From an uncultured virus (IMG/VR IMGVR_UViG_3300029954_000006) (taxonomy: Duplodnaviria > Heunggongvirae > Uroviricota > Caudoviricetes), in the IMG/VR virus record IMGVR_UViG_3300029954_000006: a stretch of 64,000 bases of DNA; one strand, given 5' to 3'. The translations under genes were made by a program, and so were the position numbers. Below the pieces are notes generated by a model. That model was not told where the DNA came from. It ran no database searches and saw nothing but the letters and a program-made list of their open reading frames with translations. Below are positions 18,548 through 28,947 of this stretch, in pieces (positions within the stretch are counted from its first letter, which is position 1; every line of letters begins with the position of its first letter).

Positions 18548-19159
18548 GTGACCGCCGCGACTGAAATGACGCGCCATGAGAGGGAGTCGCTCGCGAAGCT
18601 GATGCGCCAGCGCGAACGCGTCGCAAAGACGGCCGCCGCCGCGCGCTCGGCGCACCTGATCGCCGAGTTCGAGGCGCAGCTCGATCGGAAATACGCTTAC
18701 GACGAGGACGTCGTTTGGACGGCGGCGACGGCCGCCGCGAAGGCGGTCGTGGCGGAGGCGCAGATCGCGATCGCCCACCGCTGCGAACAGCTGGGTATCC
18801 CGCGAGAGTTCGCACCCGCCCTCGAAGTGTATTGGCACGGTCGCGGGCGCAACGCGCTCAACAGCGAGCGCACGGAAATGCGCCGGCTGGCGCGGCGCCG
18901 CATCGAGGAGATCGAGGCCCGCGCCCGGGCGGCGATCGAGGCGTCGTCGCTCGACGCACAGGAGAACCTGATGCTGGGCGGCCTGACCACCGACGCGGCG
19001 CGGCGCTATGTCGACGGTCTGCCGTCCGTGGTGGCGCTGATGCCCCCGGTGGACATCGCGGAGGTGCAGGCCGGGCTCGCCGCGCCGAAGCGCCTGGCGG
19101 CGAATGCCGGCCACGGGATGATCACGTCCGACGCGGCCGATGATCAGGGAGTTTTTTGA
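18548..19159 (+). CDS. Helical hypothetical protein
   Basis: Coupled ORF. Confidence 0.65.
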   Translation: MTAATEMTRHERESLAKLMRQRERVAKTAAAARSAHLIAEFEAQLDRKYAYDEDVVWTAATAAAKAVVAEAQIAIAHRCEQLGIPREFAPALEVYWHGRGRNALNSERTEMRRLARRRIEEIEARARAAIEASSLDAQENLMLGGLTTDAARRYVDGLPSVVALMPPVDIAEVQAGLAAPKRLAANAGHGMITSDAADDQGVF

Positions 19160-19461
19160 TGCCAGAGGATCGCACGGAGGCGCTGTTGCGCGGCGCCGCG
19201 CGCAAGGCGCGGGAGGCGCTTGCCACGCCGGACCCCGAGGCCCGCACGGCGGCGCTGATGCGCGCGGCCATGGAGGGGGCGAAAGCGATCTTCCCGCCAA
19301 ACACCGGCATCGTCATTTTGGCGTATCCGTTCAACGGCCCGCCAGGGCAGCGAGTGAATTACATTGGCAACGGAAATCGCGCCGATGTTGCGGTCGCGAT
19401 GAAGGAAGTCATCGCGCGCTGGGAAGGCCGCGCGCATGACGCCCCGCCGGGAAAGCAGTGA
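19156..19461 (+). CDS. Hypothetical protein
   Basis: RVNYIGNGNRADVAVAMKE. Confidence 0.7.
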   Translation: MMPEDRTEALLRGAARKAREALATPDPEARTAALMRAAMEGAKAIFPPNTGIVILAYPFNGPPGQRVNYIGNGNRADVAVAMKEVIARWEGRAHDAPPGKQ

Positions 19462-19943
19462 GCCACCCCGCGATCTCTCTCTGGCAGCCGTGGGCGAGCC
19501 TGATCGCGGCCGGCTGCAAGCCGTTTGAGTTTCGTTCCTGGCCGGCGCCGCGGGCGTTCTGGGGAACGCATATCGCGATCCATGCCGCCGCGAGGCCGGT
19601 GCGGCGCGCGGAAGTGCAAGAGCTGTTGGTGAAATTGCAAACGGCGCGGTGGCGGGAAACCGGCCTGACGCGAGAGCCGGCGCTGGCGCTGCTGGAGCGG
19701 GTGTTCCAGGCGCCGAAGTCACTTCCGCTATCCGCGATCGTGTGTCTTGCGCTGCTCGGTGAACCGATACGCAACAACGAACTGTCCGCCAAACTCGGTT
19801 TGCCGCTTGTCAATGACTCGGAACGAGTCGAGCATTCAAACTGGGGCTGGCCGCTGATGGAAATACAGCCGATGGACCCGCCCCATCGCGCGCGAGGCGC
19901 CCAAGGATTTTGGCGGTGGACACCGGAGAAGTTCGATGGATGA
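19458..19943 (+). CDS. ASCH domain protein
   Basis: AISLWQPWASLIAAGCKPFEFRSW...IAIHAA...RGAQGFW. Confidence 0.88.
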   Translation: MSHPAISLWQPWASLIAAGCKPFEFRSWPAPRAFWGTHIAIHAAARPVRRAEVQELLVKLQTARWRETGLTREPALALLERVFQAPKSLPLSAIVCLALLGEPIRNNELSAKLGLPLVNDSERVEHSNWGWPLMEIQPMDPPHRARGAQGFWRWTPEKFDG

Positions 19944-20147
19944 AAGGCGAAGGGTTGAAGGATTTGCCTCGTTTCGCTTTGAGGTGCGTGGTCTCGTTGA
20001 CGGTACGGAGGTGCATTGCGGGAGCGCCGGCACGGAACACGGGGCGCGAATAATCGCGGCTGACTGGCTGTTGCGCGGAGCGACGGGGGCCTGGGTGATC
20101 GACCACCGCCCCGGTCCGCCGGACGGCCAGCCCGCCATGGCCGCCTG

Positions 20148-20726
20148 ATGGCCGCCACCGATCCAATCAGCGAGGACGCGCTGCACCGCATTCATCGGGC
20201 CGCGAAAAGCGGGGTCACCCGAGGACGCGACCGCACGCCGGACGAGAGAAAATACTATCGGCGCTGCACGCATTTTCATTATCGAACCGGCACGGTTTTG
20301 ATGTTCACGCGCGACACGGGGCATCACACGAGCGGTTGGATGAAAAATCCCGACTATGAACGGTGCCTGCATCTGTCGCTGAGTTTTCGCGACGTGTTTC
20401 CACTGATGTCGCCGGATCGCCTGGGTGACGTCCACACGCTGCGCCAGCTGGGTGGCACCTATGCCCTCCGGCCGTTCGACCACGACCTGGCGGCGCTCTG
20501 GGTCCACCTAATCCTGGGAGACGCCAAAAAACTGTCCTGGGAGGAAGGCGCCTTTTCCGCGGAAGGCCGCACCGTCGGTGTGCGTCACTGGCGCGTTTTT
20601 TGCGGACCTGAGTGGGAGCCGCTGAAACCGAGGGGCGAAGTCTACAACACGGACTTTACGGAAAAAGGCTGGAAGTCGTGGAGCGAACTCCAGGGGCCGG
20701 TGAAGAACTGGGTGGACGCGGAATGA
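20148..20726 (+). CDS. Hypothetical protein
   Basis: GHHTSGWMKNPDYERCLHLSLSF; coupled. Confidence 0.7.
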   Translation: MAATDPISEDALHRIHRAAKSGVTRGRDRTPDERKYYRRCTHFHYRTGTVLMFTRDTGHHTSGWMKNPDYERCLHLSLSFRDVFPLMSPDRLGDVHTLRQLGGTYALRPFDHDLAALWVHLILGDAKKLSWEEGAFSAEGRTVGVRHWRVFCGPEWEPLKPRGEVYNTDFTEKGWKSWSELQGPVKNWVDAE

Positions 20727-21021
20727 GTGATAGCGTCGTCACCGAGGCGTTTGAAATCGTGCGCCAGTGTCGTTTGATCCTGGCCGGGCGATCCTCTGGC
20801 GCGCAAAGCGCCGCCCTGGCCGATCTTCTGGCGATGTGGTTGGCCGGGCACTCGGCATCGAGTGGCGATCCCGCCGCCTCCGACGCGGTCCGGGAGAATC
20901 TGCTGGCCGCGCACGTCGATCTGGTCCGCCGGCTGATTCCGCCGAACGTGGCGCGGATCCACGGAAGGCCGCGCGCATGAGCAACGGCCGCGAAGGCCGC
21001 GCTGATCGCGGCGGTGCGGTG

Positions 21022-22295
<1,274 letters not shown>

Positions 22296-22299
<4 letters not shown>

Positions 22300-22538
22300 C
22301 CGCGCCCGCAATGACTGACCTGTTCGCCGCCACGCCGGTGACGCTGGCCGAGCAGATCCAGGAGGTGAAGCGGGAGCTGGCGATGCGCGCGGTGGTGTAT
22401 CCGCGGCAGGTGGCCCGCGGCGGCCTGAAAGCCGAGGCGGCGGCGACCCACAAGCGGCGGATGGAGGCCGCGCTGGAGACGCTGGAGTATCTGGCGAGCC
22501 TGCGGTTCACCGCGGCCGTCAAGCGGAAGGACGCATGA
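22296..22538 (+). CDS. Hypothetical protein
   Basis: EQIQEVKRELAMRAVVYPRQV. Confidence 0.7.
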
Positions 22539-22728
22539 GAATGGACACAATCCCCATCGCACAACACGAGCTGGTGGTGCGCGTCCTCACCGCTACCGCC
22601 CAGGCCGAGCAGGGGCGCGCCATCCGCCTCGCTGTCCGCGGCGTCTACGCCGGCCTCGCGGTCGCGGTCGCCACCATCGTCGCCTCCGGCGTCCTGATGC
22701 ACCGCGTTCTCGCCACGGCGGCCTGCCA

Positions 22729-22929
22729 ATGATCGACACGCAAGTCCGCCGGTGCGTCGCGTGCGGCTGCACCGACGACGATTGCTCCGGCTGCATCGAG
22801 CGCACCGGGGAACCGTGCCATTGGGTCGCCGCCAATTTGTGCAGCGCCTGCCTGCCGCCCGTTCCGTCCCTCGCGCCGCGCGATGCCGCGACCGCGCGGC
22901 GGGAAAATCATTTGGCGGCCGTTCGGTGA
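22729..22929 (+). CDS. Small Cys-rich (zinc-finger-like) protein
   Basis: CVACGCTDDDC...CHWV...LCSAC. Confidence 0.7.
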   Translation: MIDTQVRRCVACGCTDDDCSGCIERTGEPCHWVAANLCSACLPPVPSLAPRDAATARRENHLAAVR

Positions 22930-23080
22930 GCGCGCCGCCCGATCCAGCGACAATGCTGCGCCAGTATCACGCGCGCGCGGCGCGAGAGCGGCACATCACG
23001 ACCTGGGCCGCGATCATCGCGGCCGTCTTCGCCGCGGCGGCCTGTGGCTGCGCGTTGACCGCGTTCTTCCTGACGCACCG

Positions 23081-23374
23081 ATGAGCGACGACCCCGGCGA
23101 ACCGGATGAGGAAGAAAGCCCGGTCTACCTCGTCTTCTCTGTCGAACACCTGGCTTGGTGGAAACCGGGCGGCCGGGGCTACACCAAGCGGATGTCCGAG
23201 GCGGGCCGCTACACAAGGCGCCAGGCGGTGACGATCTCGACGCGGGCGATCATCGGGTCGATGGCGATGCGGGACGGCATCCTGCCCGAGCTGCCGGTGA
23301 AGCTGGCGGACGTGGAGGAAATGCGCGACCGCCACCACGCGGAATACAGCCTGCGCGGGGCGCCCTGGGAATGA
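23081..23374 (+). CDS. Hypothetical protein (paralogue A)
   Basis: YLVFSVEHLAWWKPGGRGYT...AGRYT. Confidence 0.7.
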   Translation: MSDDPGEPDEEESPVYLVFSVEHLAWWKPGGRGYTKRMSEAGRYTRRQAVTISTRAIIGSMAMRDGILPELPVKLADVEEMRDRHHAEYSLRGAPWE

Positions 23375-23640
23375 GCACGGACATTGACCCTGGGATTTTC
23401 CTGCTCTGGTCCGCCATGCACGGGCGTTGGCTGACCGATCACGGGCGTGGCCACGGCTACGTGCGCGGGTTCGAGCAGGCCGGCCGGTACAGCCGCGCCG
23501 ACGCGTTGCTGCTGGCCAACAACGCGCTGCCCCCGTGTCCCGACGCGCTCGACGGCGCGCCGCCCCTGCTGCCCGTTCGGCTCGTCGACATGGTCGCGAT
23601 CGCGGCGCTGCACCGGGGCGACGGCGCGCCCCCGACGTGA
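23371..23640 (+). CDS. Hypothetical protein (paralogue B)
   Basis: FLLWSAMHGRWL...GYV...AGRYS. Confidence 0.65.
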   Translation: MSTDIDPGIFLLWSAMHGRWLTDHGRGHGYVRGFEQAGRYSRADALLLANNALPPCPDALDGAPPLLPVRLVDMVAIAALHRGDGAPPT

Positions 23641-24231
23641 CACTTCGGCCCGACCAGATCGGCGACCATGGCCAGCGGTGGGAAATCCGCTATCGCATCG
23701 CCGGCGAGATGGAACACCGCGTCGTCGGGTGGGCGGGCGACCTGTTTGGGGCCAAGGCAATGGCCGAGGCATGGCGCCAGCACCCCGACGGTGAAATGAC
23801 GTGGATCGTTGATCGGAACAAAACCGCACCGCCGCCGCCATGAGCGACGATCCCGCGATCAGGGCAACCGCCCAGCGGTTCCTCAAAAAGCGGGAGGGGC
23901 GGCGCGCTTACCTGGTGGCGCAGCACGAGCACAACCTGCTCTCGGCGCTGCACGAAATCGCGGACCTGGAGCGCCAGATCGCGGCGATGGAGCACGCGAT
24001 CATCCGGCACCGGGAACGGCTGACCGTGCTCGATGATGAGGTGCGGGCGTGGCGCCTGGCTATCATGACGCTGGAGATCGAGCCGTGACCCATCGGTCCA
24101 TGACCGTCAACGAACTGGAAGGTGGCATCGCGATCCGCCATGAGCGAAAAAGACACCGACGACATTGGCCTCAACGATCGCCGCATCGTGCATAGGGAGG
24201 GCATCGCCGGTGCCGTGCAGAGGCCGTTCGA

Positions 24232-24459
24232 ATGAGTCGCTGGTTTATCGAGACGCGGCTTGCATGGATCAAGGAGTCCATTGAGATATTCGGATTCCTG
24301 AATCGCGAGCATATCGTCAAAAAGTTTGAGGTTAGCATCGTCCAGGCGTCCACTGACATTCGGATGGCGCGGGAAAGGTGGCCGCATCTGATGGAGTATG
24401 ACACGAGGGAGAAGGTCTATCGGCAACCGGATCAGGGCACGCTGGTCCGCGCGCCGTGA
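24232..24459 (+). CDS. Stand-alone CapW/BrxR-type winged-helix domain
   Basis: RW..E.RL..I...G.LNR..I...F.VS..QAS.D...P...YD...K.Y pattern; only 75 aa, no WYL domain. Confidence 0.75.
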   Translation: MSRWFIETRLAWIKESIEIFGFLNREHIVKKFEVSIVQASTDIRMARERWPHLMEYDTREKVYRQPDQGTLVRAP

Positions 24460-24478
24460 ACTGCACCGTCGAGCCGAC

Positions 24479-24910
24479 ATGAGATCGGCGCCACTGATCA
24501 TCACGGCGGGCGTGCGCAAGGATCTGGCGGCGCTGCGCTGGAAGGCGGCGGCCGCGCCCGTGGACATCACGACGCTGCGCGCCGTGATGGCGATCGGGGA
24601 CGGCCGGATGCGGCACATCGCACGGATGCAGTCGCAGACCGTCGCCATTCCCGGGCCGTTCGCGTTCTTCGTGACGCTCTCGATCGAAACCGGCCACCCG
24701 ATCGGGCCATGCCGGCACATGAGTATGTCCGCGGAGCGGGACGGCCGCGTGCCCTCCCCCGACGCGGCCTGGTTGATCGCGCAAGAACTCGGCTTCACCG
24801 GCGCGCTGGAATCCTGCGACGCGGTCTACAAGGAGAAACTTTCGCGCGGGGGCATCGCGGTCCATCTCGTGCAGGCGCTGCGCCCGGACGAAAGCCCGAC
24901 GAAGCACTGA
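24479..24910 (+). CDS. Hypothetical protein
   Basis: TLSIETGHP...CRHMSMS...RVPSP. Confidence 0.65.
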   Translation: MRSAPLIITAGVRKDLAALRWKAAAAPVDITTLRAVMAIGDGRMRHIARMQSQTVAIPGPFAFFVTLSIETGHPIGPCRHMSMSAERDGRVPSPDAAWLIAQELGFTGALESCDAVYKEKLSRGGIAVHLVQALRPDESPTKH

Positions 24911-25112
24911 CCGAAACGTCCGGATTTTATGCCGAAAATTATTCAAAAAGGATTCCGGCATGGCGGCGGATCAGGCGACAAGGGAAGAACTGCGCGAGCT
25001 TTTCTCGATGGACGATGATGAGCCGCTCGCTGACCGGATCGAGGTGTGCTCCGGGTTTTGGCTGCGATCCGGCGAAGTCTGGGTTTTTCATGACGATGCG
25101 GGAGACGAGTGA

Positions 25113-25349
25113 TCACTCTCTCCCGATCCGCAGCATTTGCGTCGCCTTGACCCGCTGCATCACGGTCTCGCCGCCTGGCAGCACGGTCTGCGCCAGAAAC
25201 GCCTCGTCCCAGGTCAGCAGCCCGGCCTCGATCGCCGCCACTTGCGCCTTGAGCCAGTCGCGCAGAATCGACCATGTGGCGACGCGCCCCAGGGCCAGGG
25301 CGCGGCGCGCGTGCTCGACCTCGGTAATCCGCATGCGCCAGGTGTAGGG
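25113..25349 (-). pseudogene. 3-prime fragment of a conserved phage gene cut by IS607
   Basis: PYTWRMRITE...WSILRDWLKAQVAAIEAG runs up to the IS left junction. Confidence 0.6.
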
Positions 25350-25411
25350 TTAAAAGCTGTTCCATGAAATATACCCTTTCATGCCCATAAGGGACGTGTT
25401 ATACCGTTCCT

Positions 25412-25996
25412 ATGAAGCTGTCGGTATGGGCAAAGGCGAACGGACTGACCTACAAGACCGCGTGGCGCATGTGGCGCGACGGGGCTTTGCCCATTCCAGC
25501 CGAGCAGCTTGCGACTGGCACAGTGCTTGTCCACCCTCCGCAAGCGCCCGCCATAACCGCCGTGGCGCTCTACGCCCGCGTATCCAGTGCGGATCAGAAA
25601 GCCGACCTCGAACGCCAGCTTGGGCGGCTGGCCGAGTATGCTTCGCGGGAAAAGATGACCGTGGTGCGTTCGGTGTCTGAAATCGGCTCTGGCCTGAACG
25701 GGCACCGCGCAAAGGTCATGCGCCTGTTGGCTGATCCGTCTGTCCATACGGTTGTCGTGGAACACCGCGACAGGCTCGCCCGCTTCGGTTCCGAATACAT
25801 AGAAGCCGCGATGTCTGCCTCCGGGCGCAAGGTTGTCGTGGTGGATCAGACCGAGATGAAGGACGATCTCGTGCAAGACATGGTGGATGTCCTCACGTCG
25901 TTCTGCGCCCGTCTTTACGGCCGTCGCGCGGCCAAGAACCGGGCCGCGAAAGCCCTTGCTGCGGCTGGCACGGCGATCGAGGACGATGCCGCATGA
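25412..25996 (+). CDS. tnpA: IS607 serine recombinase transposase
   Basis: N-terminal HTH; YARVSS..QK.DL.RQ; EHRDRLARFG; DLVQDMVDVLTSFCARLYG. Confidence 0.95.
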   Translation: MKLSVWAKANGLTYKTAWRMWRDGALPIPAEQLATGTVLVHPPQAPAITAVALYARVSSADQKADLERQLGRLAEYASREKMTVVRSVSEIGSGLNGHRAKVMRLLADPSVHTVVVEHRDRLARFGSEYIEAAMSASGRKVVVVDQTEMKDDLVQDMVDVLTSFCARLYGRRAAKNRAAKALAAAGTAIEDDAA

Positions 25997-27216
25997 TCCT
26001 CGCCCATAAGATCGCGCTCGACCCGGCACCTGAGCAGGCCATCTATTTTGCCCGCGCGGCTGGCACCGCCCGGTTTGCATGGAATTGGGCATTAGGCCGA
26101 TGGCAGGAAGAATACGCGCTGTGGAAGGAATACCAGTGCGGCCCGAAGCCATCAGAAGCCTCCCTGCGACGCGAGTTGAACGCGCTGAAACTGGACGCCT
26201 TCCCGTGGATGTTGGAGGTGACGAAGAACGCACCACAGCAGGCCATCAAGAACCTCGGCACAGCCTTCAAGAACTTCTTTGAAGGCCGCGCCAAATATCC
26301 CCGCTTCAAGAAAAAAGGAGTGTCCCACGACAGTTTTCGGGCTGATCCCGGCCCGGACAAACTGCATCCGAACGCGGTTGAAGTTGACGGCAAACGCATC
26401 AAACTCCCGGTCATCGGTTGGGTGAAAATGCGCGAAGCCGTCCGTTTCAACGGCAAGATCAAGTCCGCCATCGTGTCGCGCACGGCGGATCGCTGGTTCG
26501 TCAGCCTGAGCGTCGAAGTTGATCACACGATACCTGTTCGCGAAACCCAAGTGGCAGGTGGCGTTGATCTCGGCGTGAAGGCTCTCGCGACGCTGAGCGA
26601 CGGAACTACCATCGAAGGCCCGAAGGCGCTGCGCCGAAACCTCAAGATGCTGCGTAGACGCAGCCGCGCCCACAGCCGCAAGGTCAAAGGCTCGGCCAAC
26701 CGGCGCAAGTCGGCGGCGAGGCTGGCCCGGCTGCACGCGCGGATTGCCAACGTCAGGATGGACGCGCTGCACAAAGCCACCACGCGTATCGTGAAGCAGT
26801 TCGATGTAATCGGTATCGAAGACCTGAACGTGCGCGGCATGATGGCCAACGGCAAACTTTCGCGTGCCGTCGCCGATGTTGGGATGTTCGAGTTTCGTAG
26901 ACAGATCAAATATAAGGCCGCGATGCAAGGCGCTCGTATCGTCGTGGCGAACCAGTGGTATCCGTCCAGCAAGACTTGCAGCGATTGCGGATGCATCCAC
27001 GCCAGCCTGACACTCTCGGATCGGGAGTGGGCATGCGACGACTGCGGCGTGATCCATGATCGGGACCACAACGCAGCCATCAACCTGAAGAAAATGGCCG
27101 CCAGTTCGGCGGCTACAGCCTGTGGAGCGATCCGCGCTGGTGTTGGCCTTGCGGCCAAGACGAAACGGATTGCTATGAAGCAGGAACCGAAGCATGGGAT
27201 ATTTGTCCATGTTTAG
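25993..27216 (+). CDS. tnpB: RNA-guided endonuclease TnpB
   Basis: RuvC D (GVDLG), E (IEDL), D (DRDHNAA); zinc finger CSDC/CDDC. Confidence 0.95.
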   Translation: MILAHKIALDPAPEQAIYFARAAGTARFAWNWALGRWQEEYALWKEYQCGPKPSEASLRRELNALKLDAFPWMLEVTKNAPQQAIKNLGTAFKNFFEGRAKYPRFKKKGVSHDSFRADPGPDKLHPNAVEVDGKRIKLPVIGWVKMREAVRFNGKIKSAIVSRTADRWFVSLSVEVDHTIPVRETQVAGGVDLGVKALATLSDGTTIEGPKALRRNLKMLRRRSRAHSRKVKGSANRRKSAARLARLHARIANVRMDALHKATTRIVKQFDVIGIEDLNVRGMMANGKLSRAVADVGMFEFRRQIKYKAAMQGARIVVANQWYPSSKTCSDCGCIHASLTLSDREWACDDCGVIHDRDHNAAINLKKMAASSAATACGAIRAGVGLAAKTKRIAMKQEPKHGIFVHV

Positions 27217-27244
27217 GAGAACGGCATCGAGATTTTCCGCGCGC
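27095..27244 (+). ncRNA. Predicted omega-RNA scaffold plus flanking guide (about 27225-27244)
   Basis: GCCAGTTCGGCGG...GCCTGTGGAG...GAAAC...TGAAGCAGGAA...GGAGAACGG overlaps the tnpB 3-prime end. Confidence 0.7.
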
Positions 27245-27373
27245 AGCGTTCCGAAATTGCCGGCGCCGACCACGTTTTCGGCGGTCAGGCGTCCATCGTC
27301 CTTCCTTGCCTCCGCGCGCGCCCACGGGAGCAGCTTCAGCAGCCGGCGCCGTCCCCGGGCGATTTCGCGCTCG

Positions 27374-27808
27374 TCAGGCATCAGCCGTTGATCTCGCCGC
27401 CAGCGTCCTGGTTGGCCCCGGGAGGCTCCTACGTTGGCCGCCAGTTGGCCCCTTGAGCGGGGGCGGTCCCTGCCACGCGCGCACCTGCCGTACCGCCATG
27501 CGCGCGATCTCCTTGGAAAGCCCGATGAACCCGGCTTCCTTGGCCTCGCGCGCGGCGGCGACGGGCGCGGCAATCCAGCTCATGTCCGGCTGTTGGCCCC
27601 TGGTTGGCCCGTCGTTGGCCGCTTGTTGGCCCGGTGGCAGCAGCTCCGGCCGGGGCCGTTCCAGCGCGCGCAGGCAGGCCCGGTCAAGCCAGGCGCGCAC
27701 CGGAATGCCTTCCGCGCGGGCGGCGGCGATCACCGCCTCGCGCGTCGTGATCGGGAAATTCTTGACGGTCCAGTTGCTGTCGGTCGGTTCGGCGGCGTCG
27801 TCACTCAT
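27374..27808 (-). CDS. Ribbon-helix-helix (CopG-like) DNA-binding protein
   Basis: NWTVKNFPITTREAVIAAARAEGIPVRAWLDRA fits a beta-alpha-alpha pattern. Confidence 0.7.
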   Translation of the reverse strand: MSDDAAEPTDSNWTVKNFPITTREAVIAAARAEGIPVRAWLDRACLRALERPRPELLPPGQQAANDGPTRGQQPDMSWIAAPVAAAREAKEAGFIGLSKEIARMAVRQVRAWQGPPPLKGPTGGQRRSLPGPTRTLAARSTADA

Positions 27809-27844
27809 TCGCTCGGTTGTCCCATGGTTGGCCGCTGGTTGGCC
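27411..27844. repeat. GTTGGCC heptamer arrays at 11-bp phasing
   Basis: Copies at 27411, 27433, 27444; 27592, 27603, 27614, 27625; 27816 (GTTGTCC), 27827, 27838. Confidence 0.85.
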
Positions 27845-28039
27845 ATGGCCCCTTAGCTTGATTCGGACCGTGTTGTCCCGCACCATTCGTTTCATGCCCG
27901 ACCACGGCCTCAAATTCGAGTGCAACGACTGCGACCACCTGGTGTTCAGCGCCGGTCCGTCCCCGCGGAAATTTCCGTTGCCACCGATCCGGGTCGCTTG
28001 ATGCCGGTTTCGCGCCCTTCCAGAGCGCCTTTTTCGGCG

Positions 28040-28528
28040 TCAGCAGCGCAGCCGGGCCGCGATCACCGCCTGACGCGCCAGCAGCGCCGCTCTCGCGGCC
28101 TGAATTTCACCCTGACTCAGTACTGATTCTTCCTTTTTTTCTTTCTTACTGGAGATTGGGCGGACATTGAGTCCGCCCCCCCCCTTGAGCCGGGCCGGGC
28201 GCGGCTTCGGCAGCACCGGCCCCTCCGGCGTCAGCGGCTCATACGTGTTGGCCAGTTGACGGCGCCGTGGGCCGGTTTCGTCATAGTTGGCGCGGACTTC
28301 CAGCAGCCCGCGCGCCTCGGCCTTGGCGCGGGTGCGCCGCACCTGCCGCGGGGTTACTCGGGCTTCGACGGCGATCCGCCGCACGGTCGGCTGATGGTCG
28401 CCAAGATGGTGCAGATTGGCGATCACCACGAGGACGCGGTAATCGGCCTCGGTCAACCAGCGGGCGCCGACCTCATCTTCGAGGCGTCGGCGGTGGGCAC
28501 TCCAGATCGGCGAAGGCAGGTCTAGCAT
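28040..28528 (-). CDS. Winged-HTH protein, plasmid Rep-like initiator candidate
   Basis: LTEADYRVL...PTVRRIAVEARVTPRQVRR...ARGLL...RQLANTY. Confidence 0.6.
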   Translation of the reverse strand: MLDLPSPIWSAHRRRLEDEVGARWLTEADYRVLVVIANLHHLGDHQPTVRRIAVEARVTPRQVRRTRAKAEARGLLEVRANYDETGPRRRQLANTYEPLTPEGPVLPKPRPARLKGGGGLNVRPISSKKEKKEESVLSQGEIQAARAALLARQAVIAARLRC

Positions 28529-28599
28529 CGAACGCGCTCCTTAGAAGCGCCGTCCGGGCCACCTTTTCGCGCACGCGTTTCCCACGCCCAAAATCGGGG

Positions 28600-28760
28600 T
28601 TGCCAAAAAATCCACTTTGGGGAAGAATCCGAGGACAGGGTCTGTTCCTCGGATTGCTCTGGGCGCCAACCCAGTTCTTCCACAGAGTAGTTTCGCGTGG
28701 TTCGGCGGGTCGCGGTCCCCCTGGTCAGGGGGGGCAGGCGGCCCGTTCGGCTATCTGGGC
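28600..28760 (+). ncRNA. Candidate counter-transcribed antisense RNA in the Rep leader
   Basis: TTGCCA-17-AAGAAT, then hairpins CCGAGGA..TCCTCGG, CTGGG..CCCAG and CGGG...CCCCCTG..CAGGGGG...CCCG. Confidence 0.45.
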
Positions 28761-28947
28761 ATCGGAAAACTCTCCGTTCCGGCGGGATGCCGGCAGAAAA
28801 ATCACACTAATCAGGCGACTCGCGACGGCTCAAGGGGCATGCCGCCACGGCATGCCGACGCGTGCCGTCAAAAAAGCTTAATTACCCCTAGGTAATAGAG
28901 TCAACGGGGGTTGCTTTTTTGCCCGGATTTTAGGGCATAGTTTGTAA

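Larger units (their letters stand above)
25350..27224 (+). mobile_element. IS607-family insertion sequence
   Basis: tnpA + tnpB; no inverted repeats or target duplication; GG at both junctions (TAGGG|TTAA and GAGAACGG|CATC); lower GC. Confidence 0.9.

Noticed and set aside
25412..25996. Serine recombinase as the phage integrase or a fibre invertase
   Set aside because: The N-terminal HTH and coupling to tnpB identify it as IS607 TnpA; no inverted fibre cassette is seen
25350..27224. IStron (group I intron-IS607 hybrid)
   Set aside because: Only about 60 bp separate the left end from tnpA, too little for an intron core, and the interrupted gene is on the opposite strand
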